Assembly: GCA_963815195.1 (NCBI GenBank)
Contig: CAWFGE010000007.1
Coordinates: 192,001 to 256,000, forward strand
Direction of reading: 5' to 3'
DNA from: an uncultured Planctomycetaceae bacterium
Lineage (GTDB): Bacteria; Planctomycetota; Planctomycetia; Planctomycetales; Planctomycetaceae
DNA: 64,000 bases
The notes beneath the pieces were generated by a model, which worked only from the letters and a program-made list of their open reading frames with translations, was not told the DNA's origin and did no database searches. Shown piece after piece: positions 21,901 through 30,985 of the stretch (its first letter is position 1; each line of letters starts with the position of its first letter). Position numbers and translations under genes: made by a program.

Positions 21901-22525
21901 GCTGCCGCCATTCGTCGCTGCTGAGCCGGACCATTCGCAACCGCTCCTCGACGGTTTTGTATTTCTCGACGAGCGCATTGATCGTCGGATTGCTGCCCGT
22001 CAGGAGAAACAATTCCCGCATCTCGATTTCGATCGCGGTTTGCACTTCGGTGAGGGCCGAGAGGCCCGAGCCGGCGGCGAACAGGATGTGGGCCATCTCG
22101 CCTTCCGAGCGGATCATCTCTTCCCCGCCTCTCTTGAGCATTTCCCAATCCAAACCGAACTCGTGCTTAAAGCGGTTTTCATCGACGTGTCCCAAAAACC
22201 GGTCAAGGCAGTCGTCATTCAGAATCTCATTCTCCACCGTTCGCAGCGGGTGTTTGTCTTTCTTGAGCCGGGTGAAGCACAACTGCTCGCCGTGGTGATC
22301 TTCGAGCGTGGCTCCGAGTTTGAGTTGGTGATAGGGGATGCGAAAGTTATCGGCCGTTTGGCGTTCGATGCCGTAGAGCACCTGCCTGAGGGCCCGCAGC
22401 GCCGAGCTTTTGCCGGCTTCGTTGGGGCCGTAGATCAGATGCAAACCGAACTGCCCTTCGCGGAAGTCGAGCGTCTTCTTCGTAAACGGGCCGAAGGCGG
22501 CAAGGTCGAGTTCGAGGATTTTCAT
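18932..22525 (-). CDS. yhaN: YhaN-like SMC/Rad50-type ATPase with long coiled coil
   Basis: AFGPFT and IYGPNEAGKSS Walker A; C-terminal MSDGTADQLYLALR, PFIVDDVLINFDDQR and QVIFFTHH. Confidence 0.9.
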   Translation of the reverse strand: MKILELDLAAFGPFTKKTLDFREGQFGLHLIYGPNEAGKSSALRALRQVLYGIERQTADNFRIPYHQLKLGATLEDHHGEQLCFTRLKKDKHPLRTVENEILNDDCLDRFLGHVDENRFKHEFGLDWEMLKRGGEEMIRSEGEMAHILFAAGSGLSALTEVQTAIEIEMRELFLLTGSNPTINALVEKYKTVEERLRMVRLSSDEWRQHAEALEEAERRKQGLIDQKKQWERERSRLERIQNAKHPIKKYREIQKDLETLKDAVILEPGFSERRLQVRDDLLKSQQSHQTIQADLKHIAGELEAITFNRALLEQAAEIESLNQQIEKYRQSMQDCPDIEANRQAAENEARRLLKELRPGASLKDAEDLRISVADRTLVGELGPDQKALEQKLQSAERDLGETKRQLKELKQRRETQPAVPDLSALKSALKRAMERGQLEAERTEKQHALEQAEKQAALDCRRLPFWSRTLEELEQVTVPLRETVNQFDSRFSEAGKRIQELESEQLRDHQALREIADTFLVLEQEGEVPTEADLAAARKLRDAGWNLIVRHWRDGEDCPKEVEKFVAPWGAADLAAAFSHAVEKADGLSDQLRREAGRVSEKQRLLAERTKIESRQPGLEKQIAVSEQTRKGIGEEWQNLWRPLGIEPGTPAEMREWLQSHLNLMLKVKDLHLQRSQAGRLDELIEEHRDRLISCLTSVRLNGKSLETRPLAELVEEAEAVLEDLSERQNSSDRLEEDIAQTELHLPTLEQDAKDAKQEFSKWQERWATLMAKLGLPDDATSAQANAYLTTLNQMIEQRNSRDKEALRVRDMQDFNSQFEERVRAVVQSLAWDAGDFSPTQLVGQLHAERAKAKEADNKLRALQQDHEAQKHALEDVSREIQSHQTALEQMCRQAGCALVEELPQAEKNSARRVQLEQVQSETREDILRFAGDALFEEFLQEADAEETDDLGGQLSDLNRHIAEVEQQLTQQIETAERERNQLEAKSGGSQAAEAAEEKQAILADISQHLERYIQLRLASDVLREGAERYRKKHQGPVLGRASKLFRKLTCSSFLRLQNDADDQGRPRLVGVRRHGDIDESIEVKGMSDGTADQLYLALRIASLEDWLDHHPPMPFIVDDVLINFDDQRAVAALDVLADLSRRTQVIFFTHHQHLVELAEAHLSSGVLVMHRLDESKRGRKKKTPPPAEKDEARALF

Positions 22526-23793
22526 GAGCCTTCCTCCTGGCTCAAGAGGCGGCCGATGACCAGGTTTTCCACGTCCTGCAAGGTCTTCTTGAGCCAATCC
22601 GGGTCGTCCACAAGGGCGCCGTCGGCGCCCTCGAAGACTTCCGCGGGGATCCGGCGTTTGAGGTCGTGAAAGCTCTCGCGGAGGGTTTCGAGCCTCTCCT
22701 CATCGCGGGACCATTCGCGCAGGCACGCCGAGAGCTCCGCAATCGGGCCGTCGAGTTCGCTCACATCCCGCGCGGCTTTCAGCGGCGTGGTCTGGAATTT
22801 GACTTTCTCGATCCACAACGCTTCCCCGGCTTGCTGAATGGCGGCGGCGCGGATTTGCTCGGTCCAATGGATCGGCTTTCCGAACAGCGAATCGTGGAGC
22901 GCGCACGCCCCGGAGAAGACCACCCGCACCGCGGCGGGGCGGTTGTCCGTGCGGCTTAATACATCATCCAACGCCTCGGCCAGGCGCTTGAGAATGTCGT
23001 CGGCTTCCTCAGTTCCCGCAACATCGACTTCGCAAATTTCCCAGCGGAAGGCGTCGAGCGCGTGAAAACTGTGGCCCGCGATTTGACGGTTGTCGCCCAC
23101 TTCCACGAGCAGGCAGCCTTTGGGGCCGGATTCGCGAACGTGCCGGCCCTGGATGTTGCCGGGGAAGGCGATCATCGGATTCCGCTCGTGCAGAATCTCC
23201 CGCTGATGGATATGCCCGAGGGCCCAATAGTCGTAGCCCTTGGCGATCAATCCGCCATGCGTGCAGGGGGCGTAATTCGCATGCCCTTCGCGGCCGTCCA
23301 CGCTCGTGTGCAATAGCCCGATGTTGAACCGCCCCGGCTCGGCGGCGGGATATTTCAACGAGAGATCCTGCTTGACGCTCGCGGATGCAAAGCCTTGGCC
23401 GTGGAGCGTCACCGGGAAACCCGGCACGCGATCGGAGGCGGGGGCATCGGTGGGAAACGGATGCACATTCGCGGGCAGCTTGAGGTTCTTGGTCATTTTG
23501 TTGGCGGCGTCGTGATTTCCCGAAATCAGGTACACCGGAATGCCCGCGTCGTTCAACTTCGCCATTTGCGAATTGAAATAGTGCCCGGTGTTGTAGTCGT
23601 CCCAATCGCCGTCGTAAACGTCGCCCGCGATGACCACGAACGCCACGCTTTCGTCGATCGCAAGCCGGACGAGATTGGCCAAAGCTTCCCGCGTGGCGAG
23701 GCGGATTTTCTCGACGGGGGCTCCGGGATATTGGCTGAGCTTGGTGAGCGGACTGTCCAAATGCAGATCCGCGGCATGCAAAAATTTAAACAC
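22522..23793 (-). CDS. yhaO: YhaO-like Mre11/SbcD-type metallophosphoesterase (DNA repair exonuclease)
   Basis: HAADLHLD, AGDVYD, GNHD, LLHTS, YWALGHIH and PGNIQGRH motifs; 4-nt overlap with yhaN. Confidence 0.92.
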   Translation of the reverse strand: MFKFLHAADLHLDSPLTKLSQYPGAPVEKIRLATREALANLVRLAIDESVAFVVIAGDVYDGDWDDYNTGHYFNSQMAKLNDAGIPVYLISGNHDAANKMTKNLKLPANVHPFPTDAPASDRVPGFPVTLHGQGFASASVKQDLSLKYPAAEPGRFNIGLLHTSVDGREGHANYAPCTHGGLIAKGYDYWALGHIHQREILHERNPMIAFPGNIQGRHVRESGPKGCLLVEVGDNRQIAGHSFHALDAFRWEICEVDVAGTEEADDILKRLAEALDDVLSRTDNRPAAVRVVFSGACALHDSLFGKPIHWTEQIRAAAIQQAGEALWIEKVKFQTTPLKAARDVSELDGPIAELSACLREWSRDEERLETLRESFHDLKRRIPAEVFEGADGALVDDPDWLKKTLQDVENLVIGRLLSQEEGS

Positions 23794-24053
23794 GGTTGTC
23801 CTTTATGAATCCATACGTTTCGCCAGAAAACAACTGGCACTCCTGTCATACTCGAATGTACATTCTTCGCCGCATGGGGGGAACCGGCAGGGGGCGAAAA
23901 ATCTGGCTCTTCCGTCGGGGTTAGACTTTCCGCGGCCTGTGGCATTAAAATTGGGACACTCGAAGAATCTTCCGCATCTTGCCGCCGACATGGAAAGCCC
24001 GACGATCGATGAGATGGACTCCCGCCCTCACCCGAAGCTCCCGGCTTGGATGG

Positions 24054-26988
24054 ATGACTGTCTGCATTGTGCTGGGGGTTTGCCAGGATCCCGCGGGGCG
24101 AGTTTTCGCGGAAGAGGATCGGTATTCGGCGGAACTCGCCGACGGCAGCCGAATTTCCGGCGGCGAGATCCAGAACTGGAACGATCCCAAGCAGCGGCCG
24201 GCGCTCGGCGGGCGGGCCGTGTTCGACGAGAAGAACCCGTTCCGCTGGCTGATCGATCATTCGCTGTCGCCCGCTGCGAAGCCGGAGGCGTTCGTCGAGT
24301 TCTTTGGCGGCGATCAGTTGCCCGGCGAAGTTGTGGAATCTCGCAGCGGAGAGGAAGCGGAGTTCCTCGCGTTTGCCAAGCATCTCGTCGTCAATCCGAC
24401 GATCCCGCTGCATTCGCCGCGGGTTCAACAGAATTCGCCGCTGCGGGTGGAGACGCGGTGGCTCAAGCGGGTCGTGTGGGAGCCGCGGACGCTCGATCTG
24501 TATCAGCCGAGCACTTTGTTTTTGAAGGACGGGCGCGAAATTGGTTTTCGCTCGCTCCGGTGGATGAGCAAATCGGTCACGCTGCTGTTGGAAGAGGGGA
24601 TCGAGGAGTTTGCGTTTGACGACATCAAGGAAATCCATCTCCCGCTGCCGGATGTGTGGGCGATGTATTACGAGCGGATGGCGGTGCTCTCGCCGCGGTC
24701 GGCGCTGACAATCGAAAACCCGGCCCGCATCGTGCAGTTGGAAACGACGGACGGTTTAAAGGCGACGGTTTCGACGGAGCGGCTCGAGCCGTTCGTCCAC
24801 GGCAACAAGAACAAATCCGAAAGCTGGTATCATCAATGTCAGCCGGCGTGGAGCCTGGACCCGTTTTGGGTGCGGTTTGACAGCGTGTGGAGCCGGCGGT
24901 TTTTCTGGCCGCACGAGGTGCCGCTGACGAACATCGCCCCCGTCTCCGCCCGGCAGAATTCGCCCTTGGGCAACAGTTGGTATTGGCAGCGCGACCGCAA
25001 CGTGTATCGGCAGCCGCTCGAAGCCGGGGGCAAGGATTACGGCTGGGGCTTCGGCGTGCATGCCGAGCACGAGATGGTCTTTCCGCTGCCGGCGTCCGCG
25101 CGGGTCTTCCGCACGCGGGCGGGGCTGGATCAATCGGTTGGCGACGGCGGCTCGGTCAAGTGGCAGGTCGCGATCCATGGTGCCGAGGACAAAACGCTCT
25201 ATCAAAGCCCGGCCGTCATCGGCACCAATCAAGTCTTGGACACCGGCCGCTTGAACCTCGGCGCGCCCCAAAGCGAAAGCCCGTCCCGTCAGTTGGTGTT
25301 GTCGGTCGATCCGTTGTTGAACTCGGCCCCGGCGGGGGCGGATCCGTTGGACATCCGCGATTCGCTCAACTGGCTCGAGCCGGAGTTGGAGCTCGACCGC
25401 GAGGAGTTAAAGAAAGAAATCGCCCGCCATGCGGTTTCGCAGATTCCCGCGCTCGCGGATTGGACCTTGGAAACCGGCGCGGGAGGCGTTGTGTTAGGCA
25501 ATCAGTGGGACGAGTACGACCGGCAGGATCCCAGGTATCGGGTGTTGCTGGGACCTGCGGGGCGGTTTTGCTCGCTGACAAAATCGCTGACCATCGGCAC
25601 GCAGGACCGCTGGCTGATGCTCGCGGTCAATCGCACCGATGACAAGGCTCCGCCCGTGCGGCTCCAGGTGCAGATCGAGGGGGCGGTGCTCGCGGATTTG
25701 GAAATCCCCGCCGCCCGCGATGCCAAGGGGCCGGATCCGCTGCTGGTTCCGCTCAGAGATTTCCGCGGCCAAACCGTCAACCTGCGGCTGGTGCAATATA
25801 CCGATCCCAAAGCCCAGCCCAAAACTCCGGAAGAAACGCAGGCCGACTGCGTGGACTGGCGGGGGATTGCCACGAGTCCCCATCGTCCCGGTTTGTTGCC
25901 TTTGCTCCACGAAAACGCCAAGTTTTTGGAGAAGCTCACCGAAGGCGAAGGCGTGGCGGAACTCGATGCGGCCGAGCCGTTTTCCGGGAAGACGAGCCTC
26001 AAGGTTACGCCGTCGGAGCGCGGGAGTTCGCGAATCCCCGGCCTGCGAATCCCGATCCGCGCGCTGCCCCGCTTGGGCGAATATCGCTTTATTTCCTTCG
26101 CCTGGAAAAAGACCGACGGGCAGGACGTCGCGCTCGCGTCTGGCGCATCAGGGCGTGTTGGGCGGCGATGAATTTGGAAGGCCCCGCATCCGCAAGGCTC
26201 CGAATCCGCTTCGCCCGCCGCTCCGCGCGAGACGTCCGCTGGATTCTGCCGGGCGCGGATTGCAGTATGGCTATCGCTATCTCCGCGGGAAGGGCGATCC
26301 CGAACAAGGTGCTGCGATGCGGTTGGAACGCAAGCTCCCCACAGACTGGCAGCGGGTCGAGCGGGACTTGTTCGGCGATTTCGGCGAGTTCACGCTGACG
26401 GGCTTTTCGCTGTTGTGCCCCGACGGATCGGCCGCGTGGTTTGATGAAATCTATCTCGCCCGCGACCGGCAGGATTTAGCGCATCTTCCCTCCCGCCAGC
26501 CCAAGAAACCGCCGGCCGATCCCAACGTCTTAGCGGCCGAGATTTCGCCGGAACGTCTCGGTTCGGCGAGCCGGCCGGTCGCGCCGCAGTTCGGAATCTC
26601 CAATACCAACGCCGGGGAAGGCGTCCAGCTTTTGAAAGAATACCAAGGCCGGCAGAACGTGCTGCGGACGCTGCCGCTCAATCAGCAAACGCCCTGCGTG
26701 TTGCGGGCGGCGGTGGTCTTGCCGGCCAAACAAAAAAGCCGGTTGGAGCTGGAAGTCCACCGCCATGCCGAGGGCGATTGGAATTTGATCGTCACCGCCA
26801 ACGGCGAGAAGCTCCAGGAGACGTTGATCAATAAAGACAACGCGGGCGAGACATGGTTCCAGGCTGCGGTGGACTTGACGAAATTCGCCGGGCAGCCGGT
26901 GCTCTTGGAAGTTCAAAACGCCGCCAACAACTGGAGCCACGAGGACGCGTATTGGAGCCGGTTGGAAATCGTCCACGAGAAAAAATAG
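24054..26988 (+). CDS. Large secreted protein with NPCBM/NEW2 domain, frameshifted near 26135
   Basis: Signal-like N-terminus and YGWGFGVHAEHEMVFPL..FRTRAGLDQSVGDGGSV (NPCBM-like); continues in ORF 25639..26988. Confidence 0.7.
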
Positions 26989-27006
26989 AGTGAAAACAGG
27001 AAAAAA

Positions 27007-27069
27007 GAGCCGCGCACGAAGTAAGCGGAAGCGAGGCGAAAGACGACCCGCTTACTTCGTGCGCGGCTC
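27007..27069. repeat. REP-like palindrome of family A without the outer TIRs
   Basis: GAGCCGCGCACGAAGTAAGCGG-N19-CCGCTTACTTCGTGCGCGGCTC. Confidence 0.9.
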
Positions 27070-27147
27070 CTGAGCGGTTCCTGCTCCGGCCGGTTTGCTT
27101 CTCTGTGATTTGTAAAAGCTCATCGATCGATATTCGGAGCGTGTATT

Positions 27148-27693
27148 TTGGCCGAGTTCCCTGCCCAGGCGGAAAATTCTCCAAACCGCTCTTGCGACGG
27201 CGGGCGAAAACCACTAAGACACCGCCCTCTCTCACAAAATCTCCCAAATCCAAATTCCAATCCTCAAACGACAACGACCCTCTGCCTCCGTCCCGCGGCT
27301 CGCGCGGCGTGGGGACTTTGGTGCGTGTTGCTCATTGGGGGCTTTTTCGTGGCGACGCGGTTGGAACCGGACCCCGAAGGGTTCGGCACCCATCGGCAAT
27401 TGGGATTGCCGCCGTGCACGGTGCGGGAAGCCCTCGGTGTGCCTTGTCCGAGTTGCGGCATGACGACCAGCTTCGCCCATTTTGTTCGCGGACAATGGAT
27501 TCAGGCGGCCCAGGCCAACGCGGCGGGCCTCTTGCTCGCGGTGCTGTGCGCGGTGCAGATCCCGTTTGCCCTCAAGTTTTGCATCACGGGCCGGTTTCGT
27601 TCGGTGGATTCCGCGTCGGAAATTTTTCTTGCATGTCTCGCGGCCGTGACTCTGGCCGCGGTGATCCAATGGGGCGTTCGGCTTTGCCTGTGA
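27148..27693 (+). CDS. DUF2752-domain membrane protein; start uncertain
   Basis: GTHRQLGLPPC...PCPSCGMTTSFAHFVRGQW..AAQANAAG. Confidence 0.85.
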   Translation: MAEFPAQAENSPNRSCDGGRKPLRHRPLSQNLPNPNSNPQTTTTLCLRPAARAAWGLWCVLLIGGFFVATRLEPDPEGFGTHRQLGLPPCTVREALGVPCPSCGMTTSFAHFVRGQWIQAAQANAAGLLLAVLCAVQIPFALKFCITGRFRSVDSASEIFLACLAAVTLAAVIQWGVRLCL

Positions 27694-27756
27694 ACGGCGG
27701 CCGGCTCCTCAATCATCCCGAAAACTCGATTCCTTTAACGAAAGGTTCGCTCCGTC

Positions 27757-28473
27757 ATGGATGACGTGCGACGGCCGGCATCTCCGTCTCCCCGGTTGGG
27801 AGCAACCCCGTGGCGGGCCTTGGGGCAGTCGCTGTGCCTGGCGGCTTGCCTGTTGGGGCTCGCGGGGTGTTCGCTGTTCGTGATCGCGGGAAAGGTGCTG
27901 TTCGGCGACCCCACGCTCGTCTCCGCCTTCCATGAAGGCACCGGCGTGGACCTGGCCGACGGCGAGAAAAAAGTCGTCGTGTTGTGCTCCGCGCCGAGCA
28001 TGATCGAAGAAGGCGGCGAGCTTTCCGTGAATTACGAAATCGTGGAGGGGGTGTCCCGCCTGCTGAAGCGGGAAGGCATCCGGCTCATCGACAGCAACGA
28101 CGTCCGCACCTGGATGGACGACAACGGCGGACGGTTGGACGATCCTCGCGACCTCGCCGACGATTTCGATGTGGACTACATCCTCTACATCTCCCTGGGC
28201 CGGGTCAACTTCCACGAACCGAACAGCCCGGACTTGTACCGCGGCTCGGCCAGCGGCGACATATTCGTCTACCAGGTCAAAAAACGCGACGGCGAGACCC
28301 AGACGCACGAGGTGTTTTCCAAAGCGTTCACTTCGACTTATCCCGAATTCAATCCGGTGTCGGCGGACCAGATCGACTCCCTGCGGATTTTTCAAAAGAA
28401 ATTCCTGGACCGCGTCTCCGGACAATTGTCCCAACTGTTTTACGATCACAAAGTCAGCGAGGAGATTCAGTAA
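27757..28473 (+). CDS. Planctomycete-type lipoprotein, paralog of the next gene
   Basis: Lipobox LLGLAGC; shares HEPNSPDLYRG and FTSTYP pattern with the downstream gene. Confidence 0.75.
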   Translation: MDDVRRPASPSPRLGATPWRALGQSLCLAACLLGLAGCSLFVIAGKVLFGDPTLVSAFHEGTGVDLADGEKKVVVLCSAPSMIEEGGELSVNYEIVEGVSRLLKREGIRLIDSNDVRTWMDDNGGRLDDPRDLADDFDVDYILYISLGRVNFHEPNSPDLYRGSASGDIFVYQVKKRDGETQTHEVFSKAFTSTYPEFNPVSADQIDSLRIFQKKFLDRVSGQLSQLFYDHKVSEEIQ

Positions 28474-28534
28474 TCCCGCTCGCTGTCTTGGACCGGACTC
28501 ACGTAGGAATCGTTTCCCCTATAGGGATCGTGTG

Positions 28535-29218
28535 ATGAAACTCAAAGAAAAATCGTTCCGCCGCGGGGTTCCCGCGGGATGGTTGGTCCTGTCCGTCGCC
28601 CTCATGGCGGGGACGCTCACGGGCTGCAATTACCTGCTGTTTGCCGGATATCTCATCGGGGGGCCGCCGTCGATTGCGCCGGCCTTCGACACGGAAACGG
28701 GCCTGTCCATGACCGACAAGGAGGTGACGGTGGCCGTCGTCTGCTTTGCGCCCAAGGAAGTCAAATGGGACTTTGCCAACATCGATTACGACCTGGCGAA
28801 GTACGTTTCCAACCGCATGTTTCTGAAGAAGATCAAAGTCATCAATCCGGACCGCATCCGGGCCTGGCTCGACAAACATCCCGACTGGGATTCGCCCGAC
28901 GAAATCGGGGCGGCGTTCGGCGCGAGCTACGTGGTCCATATCGAAGTCAACGATTTCAGCCTGTACGAGAAGAACAGCTCGGACCTGTTCCGCGGCCGGT
29001 CGGACGTGCTGGTGACGGTGTGGCAGATGGACGGCGAAACCGGCGAGCAGGTCTTTACGCGCAACCTGGAGTCCGTCTATCCCCGGGCCGTGCCCCGCTC
29101 GACGTACGACACCAAATACACGACCTTCAAACGCGAATACTTTGAAGTGCTCAGCGAGGACATCGGACAGTTGTTCTATGAGCATTACAACGGCGACGAC
29201 CTTATCAACGTCTACTGA
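28535..29218 (+). CDS. Planctomycete-type lipoprotein
   Basis: Lipobox TLTGC; YEKNSSDLFRG, LESVYP and IGQLFY motifs. Confidence 0.78.
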   Translation: MKLKEKSFRRGVPAGWLVLSVALMAGTLTGCNYLLFAGYLIGGPPSIAPAFDTETGLSMTDKEVTVAVVCFAPKEVKWDFANIDYDLAKYVSNRMFLKKIKVINPDRIRAWLDKHPDWDSPDEIGAAFGASYVVHIEVNDFSLYEKNSSDLFRGRSDVLVTVWQMDGETGEQVFTRNLESVYPRAVPRSTYDTKYTTFKREYFEVLSEDIGQLFYEHYNGDDLINVY

Positions 29219-29232
29219 TTTCGGAGCGCCGA

Positions 29233-29291
29233 CGTAGCCGCGGCAGCTTGCCGCCGGCGCTCGATTTCGGCGGCTGGAATCCGCCGCTACG
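29233..29291. repeat. GTAG-type REP doublet
   Basis: CGTAGCCGCGGCAGCTTGCCGCCG ... CGGCGGCTGGAATCCGCCGCTACG; a related single arm sits at 46444-46467. Confidence 0.7.
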
Positions 29292-29489
29292 GACGTGGAA
29301 TCTTGACGGTGCGGCAAGGCCGAGCGTCTGAGGAAAAACGGGAAGAGAGAACGAACGTGCGGGCGATCATCCCCCGCGCGTTCGTTTTTCTTCGGGCGGG
29401 AAGTTTTGTGCGTGAAACGAGGGGAGCGTTCGGTTTAAGATGATGGATGGTCTACCGTGCTTTCCATCCCCCGTGGCCGCCCGTTTTTC

Positions 29490-30464
29490 ATGCCTGCCGA
29501 ATCTGCTTTCATCGACGCCATCCGCGACACGCCCGACGACCTGACGTTGCGGCTCGTGTATGCGGATTGGCTGGACGAAGCCGGCGATTCGCGGGGCGAA
29601 TTGATTCGGCTGCAATGCGAACTCGACGGTGTCCCGCTGGGCGATCCCCGGCGGAACGTCCTGCGGGAATCGATTCAGCGATTGATCCTCGAACACCAAT
29701 CGGAATGGCTCGCACCGCTCCGCAAGCGTGTGTTGGGCTGGCAGCAGGCGCGGTTGGAGTTCGGCCTGGCGGAGAACGTCGCGATGTCGCCGGCGGCGTT
29801 TGTCAAACACGCCGAGACCGGCTTGTTCGAAGAGATGCCCCACCTCGTCGGCGTATGGCTCCAAGGGGCTGAAAAACCGCTGCTCAAAGCCGTGGACTCG
29901 CCCGGTCTCTCGCGGCTGATGTCTCTGACCTTGAGCGTTTTTGGTCCCCTCCGCACCGAAACGCTCTTAGACCGCCTGGCTTCGACGCCCGGCGTTCGCC
30001 ATCTCACGACGCTCAACCTGGGCAACGGGCGGTATGGCGACGAGGGAATCGCCCGGTTGCTCGGGTCGCCTCATTTGCCCCGGCTCAGGCGGCTGAACCT
30101 TCAGAACAATTCCCTCACCGCGCGCACGGCGGCAGCCCTGGTCGAGTCGCCGATCTTGCCAGAACTCCGGCTGTTGGCTTTGGGGTCGCGGTGGGAGCAC
30201 GGCACGAACGGCCTGGGCGACGCGGGCGTGCGGCTGTTGGCGGAATGTCGTTCAAAGCTCCCGCTCCGCTGGCTGGATTTGATGGGCAACCATCTCAGCG
30301 ATTCGAGCGCCTGGGACCTGGCTCACTCTTCCTGCTTCGACGATCTCGAATGCTTGTACCTGGGTGGCAACCGCTTCGGCAACGCGAGCCGCACGGCTTT
30401 GGACGCCCGGTTCCCGAACCGCGTGTATTACGCCGTCTGCGAACCTGAATGCGGCTGCCGCTGA
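29490..30464 (+). CDS. TIGR02996 repeat-companion domain plus leucine-rich repeats
   Basis: AFIDAIRDTPDDLTLRLVYADWLDEAGDSRGELIRLQC followed by LxxLxLxxN repeats. Confidence 0.93.
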   Translation: MPAESAFIDAIRDTPDDLTLRLVYADWLDEAGDSRGELIRLQCELDGVPLGDPRRNVLRESIQRLILEHQSEWLAPLRKRVLGWQQARLEFGLAENVAMSPAAFVKHAETGLFEEMPHLVGVWLQGAEKPLLKAVDSPGLSRLMSLTLSVFGPLRTETLLDRLASTPGVRHLTTLNLGNGRYGDEGIARLLGSPHLPRLRRLNLQNNSLTARTAAALVESPILPELRLLALGSRWEHGTNGLGDAGVRLLAECRSKLPLRWLDLMGNHLSDSSAWDLAHSSCFDDLECLYLGGNRFGNASRTALDARFPNRVYYAVCEPECGCR

Positions 30465-30985
30465 GATCCAAAGAAAAACCGCACCGGGCGCGCGGATGAG
30501 GCGCGGCGGTGCGGCGACCGTTCGGTTTTTTTTCACGCCGATTGCGAACCTTTTTGAAAAGCCCGCGGGCGTGCTGCCTGGATTCGTTGACCTTATAAGC
30601 CCTTTCCGAATCGAGGCCCGGATATCCGGTGGAGGGAGGTTTTTCGGGAGGAGGACAGTCTCGAATCCGGGCCGCCAATGATTGCGCAATCGTTTCTTTG
30701 CTGCCCTAACCTGCCGCAGCAAAGGGGCCGGCGAACCGGAAACCCACATCAAGGTGGAGTTCCCAAAAATCGTCCCTCTAATCTATAGGAGGGACTTTGC
30801 GCCACAAGGGGAAAAATCGGCGTAAGCCCCGGGGCGGAAACGATTACGGAGAGGAAAACCTTTGCGGAAGCGAAGTCGCGGCCAGGCCGCTTTCATGGGG
30901 CGAACGCTGGGACTGGGACTGCGGCCGGTCTCCGCTTAGAATGGACTTTGCATCGATTTCTCCGAACCCGTTGGGAGCGAGCGGC

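Noticed and set aside
23939..23956. TGGCATTAAAATTGGG as a sigma54 promoter
   Set aside because: The -12 element is GG rather than GC; too weak to call.
30465..30985. Long leader with hairpins (e.g. CTTTGCTGC/GCAGCAAAG) as a riboswitch
   Set aside because: No cobalamin, TPP, SAM or c-di-GMP consensus found by eye.
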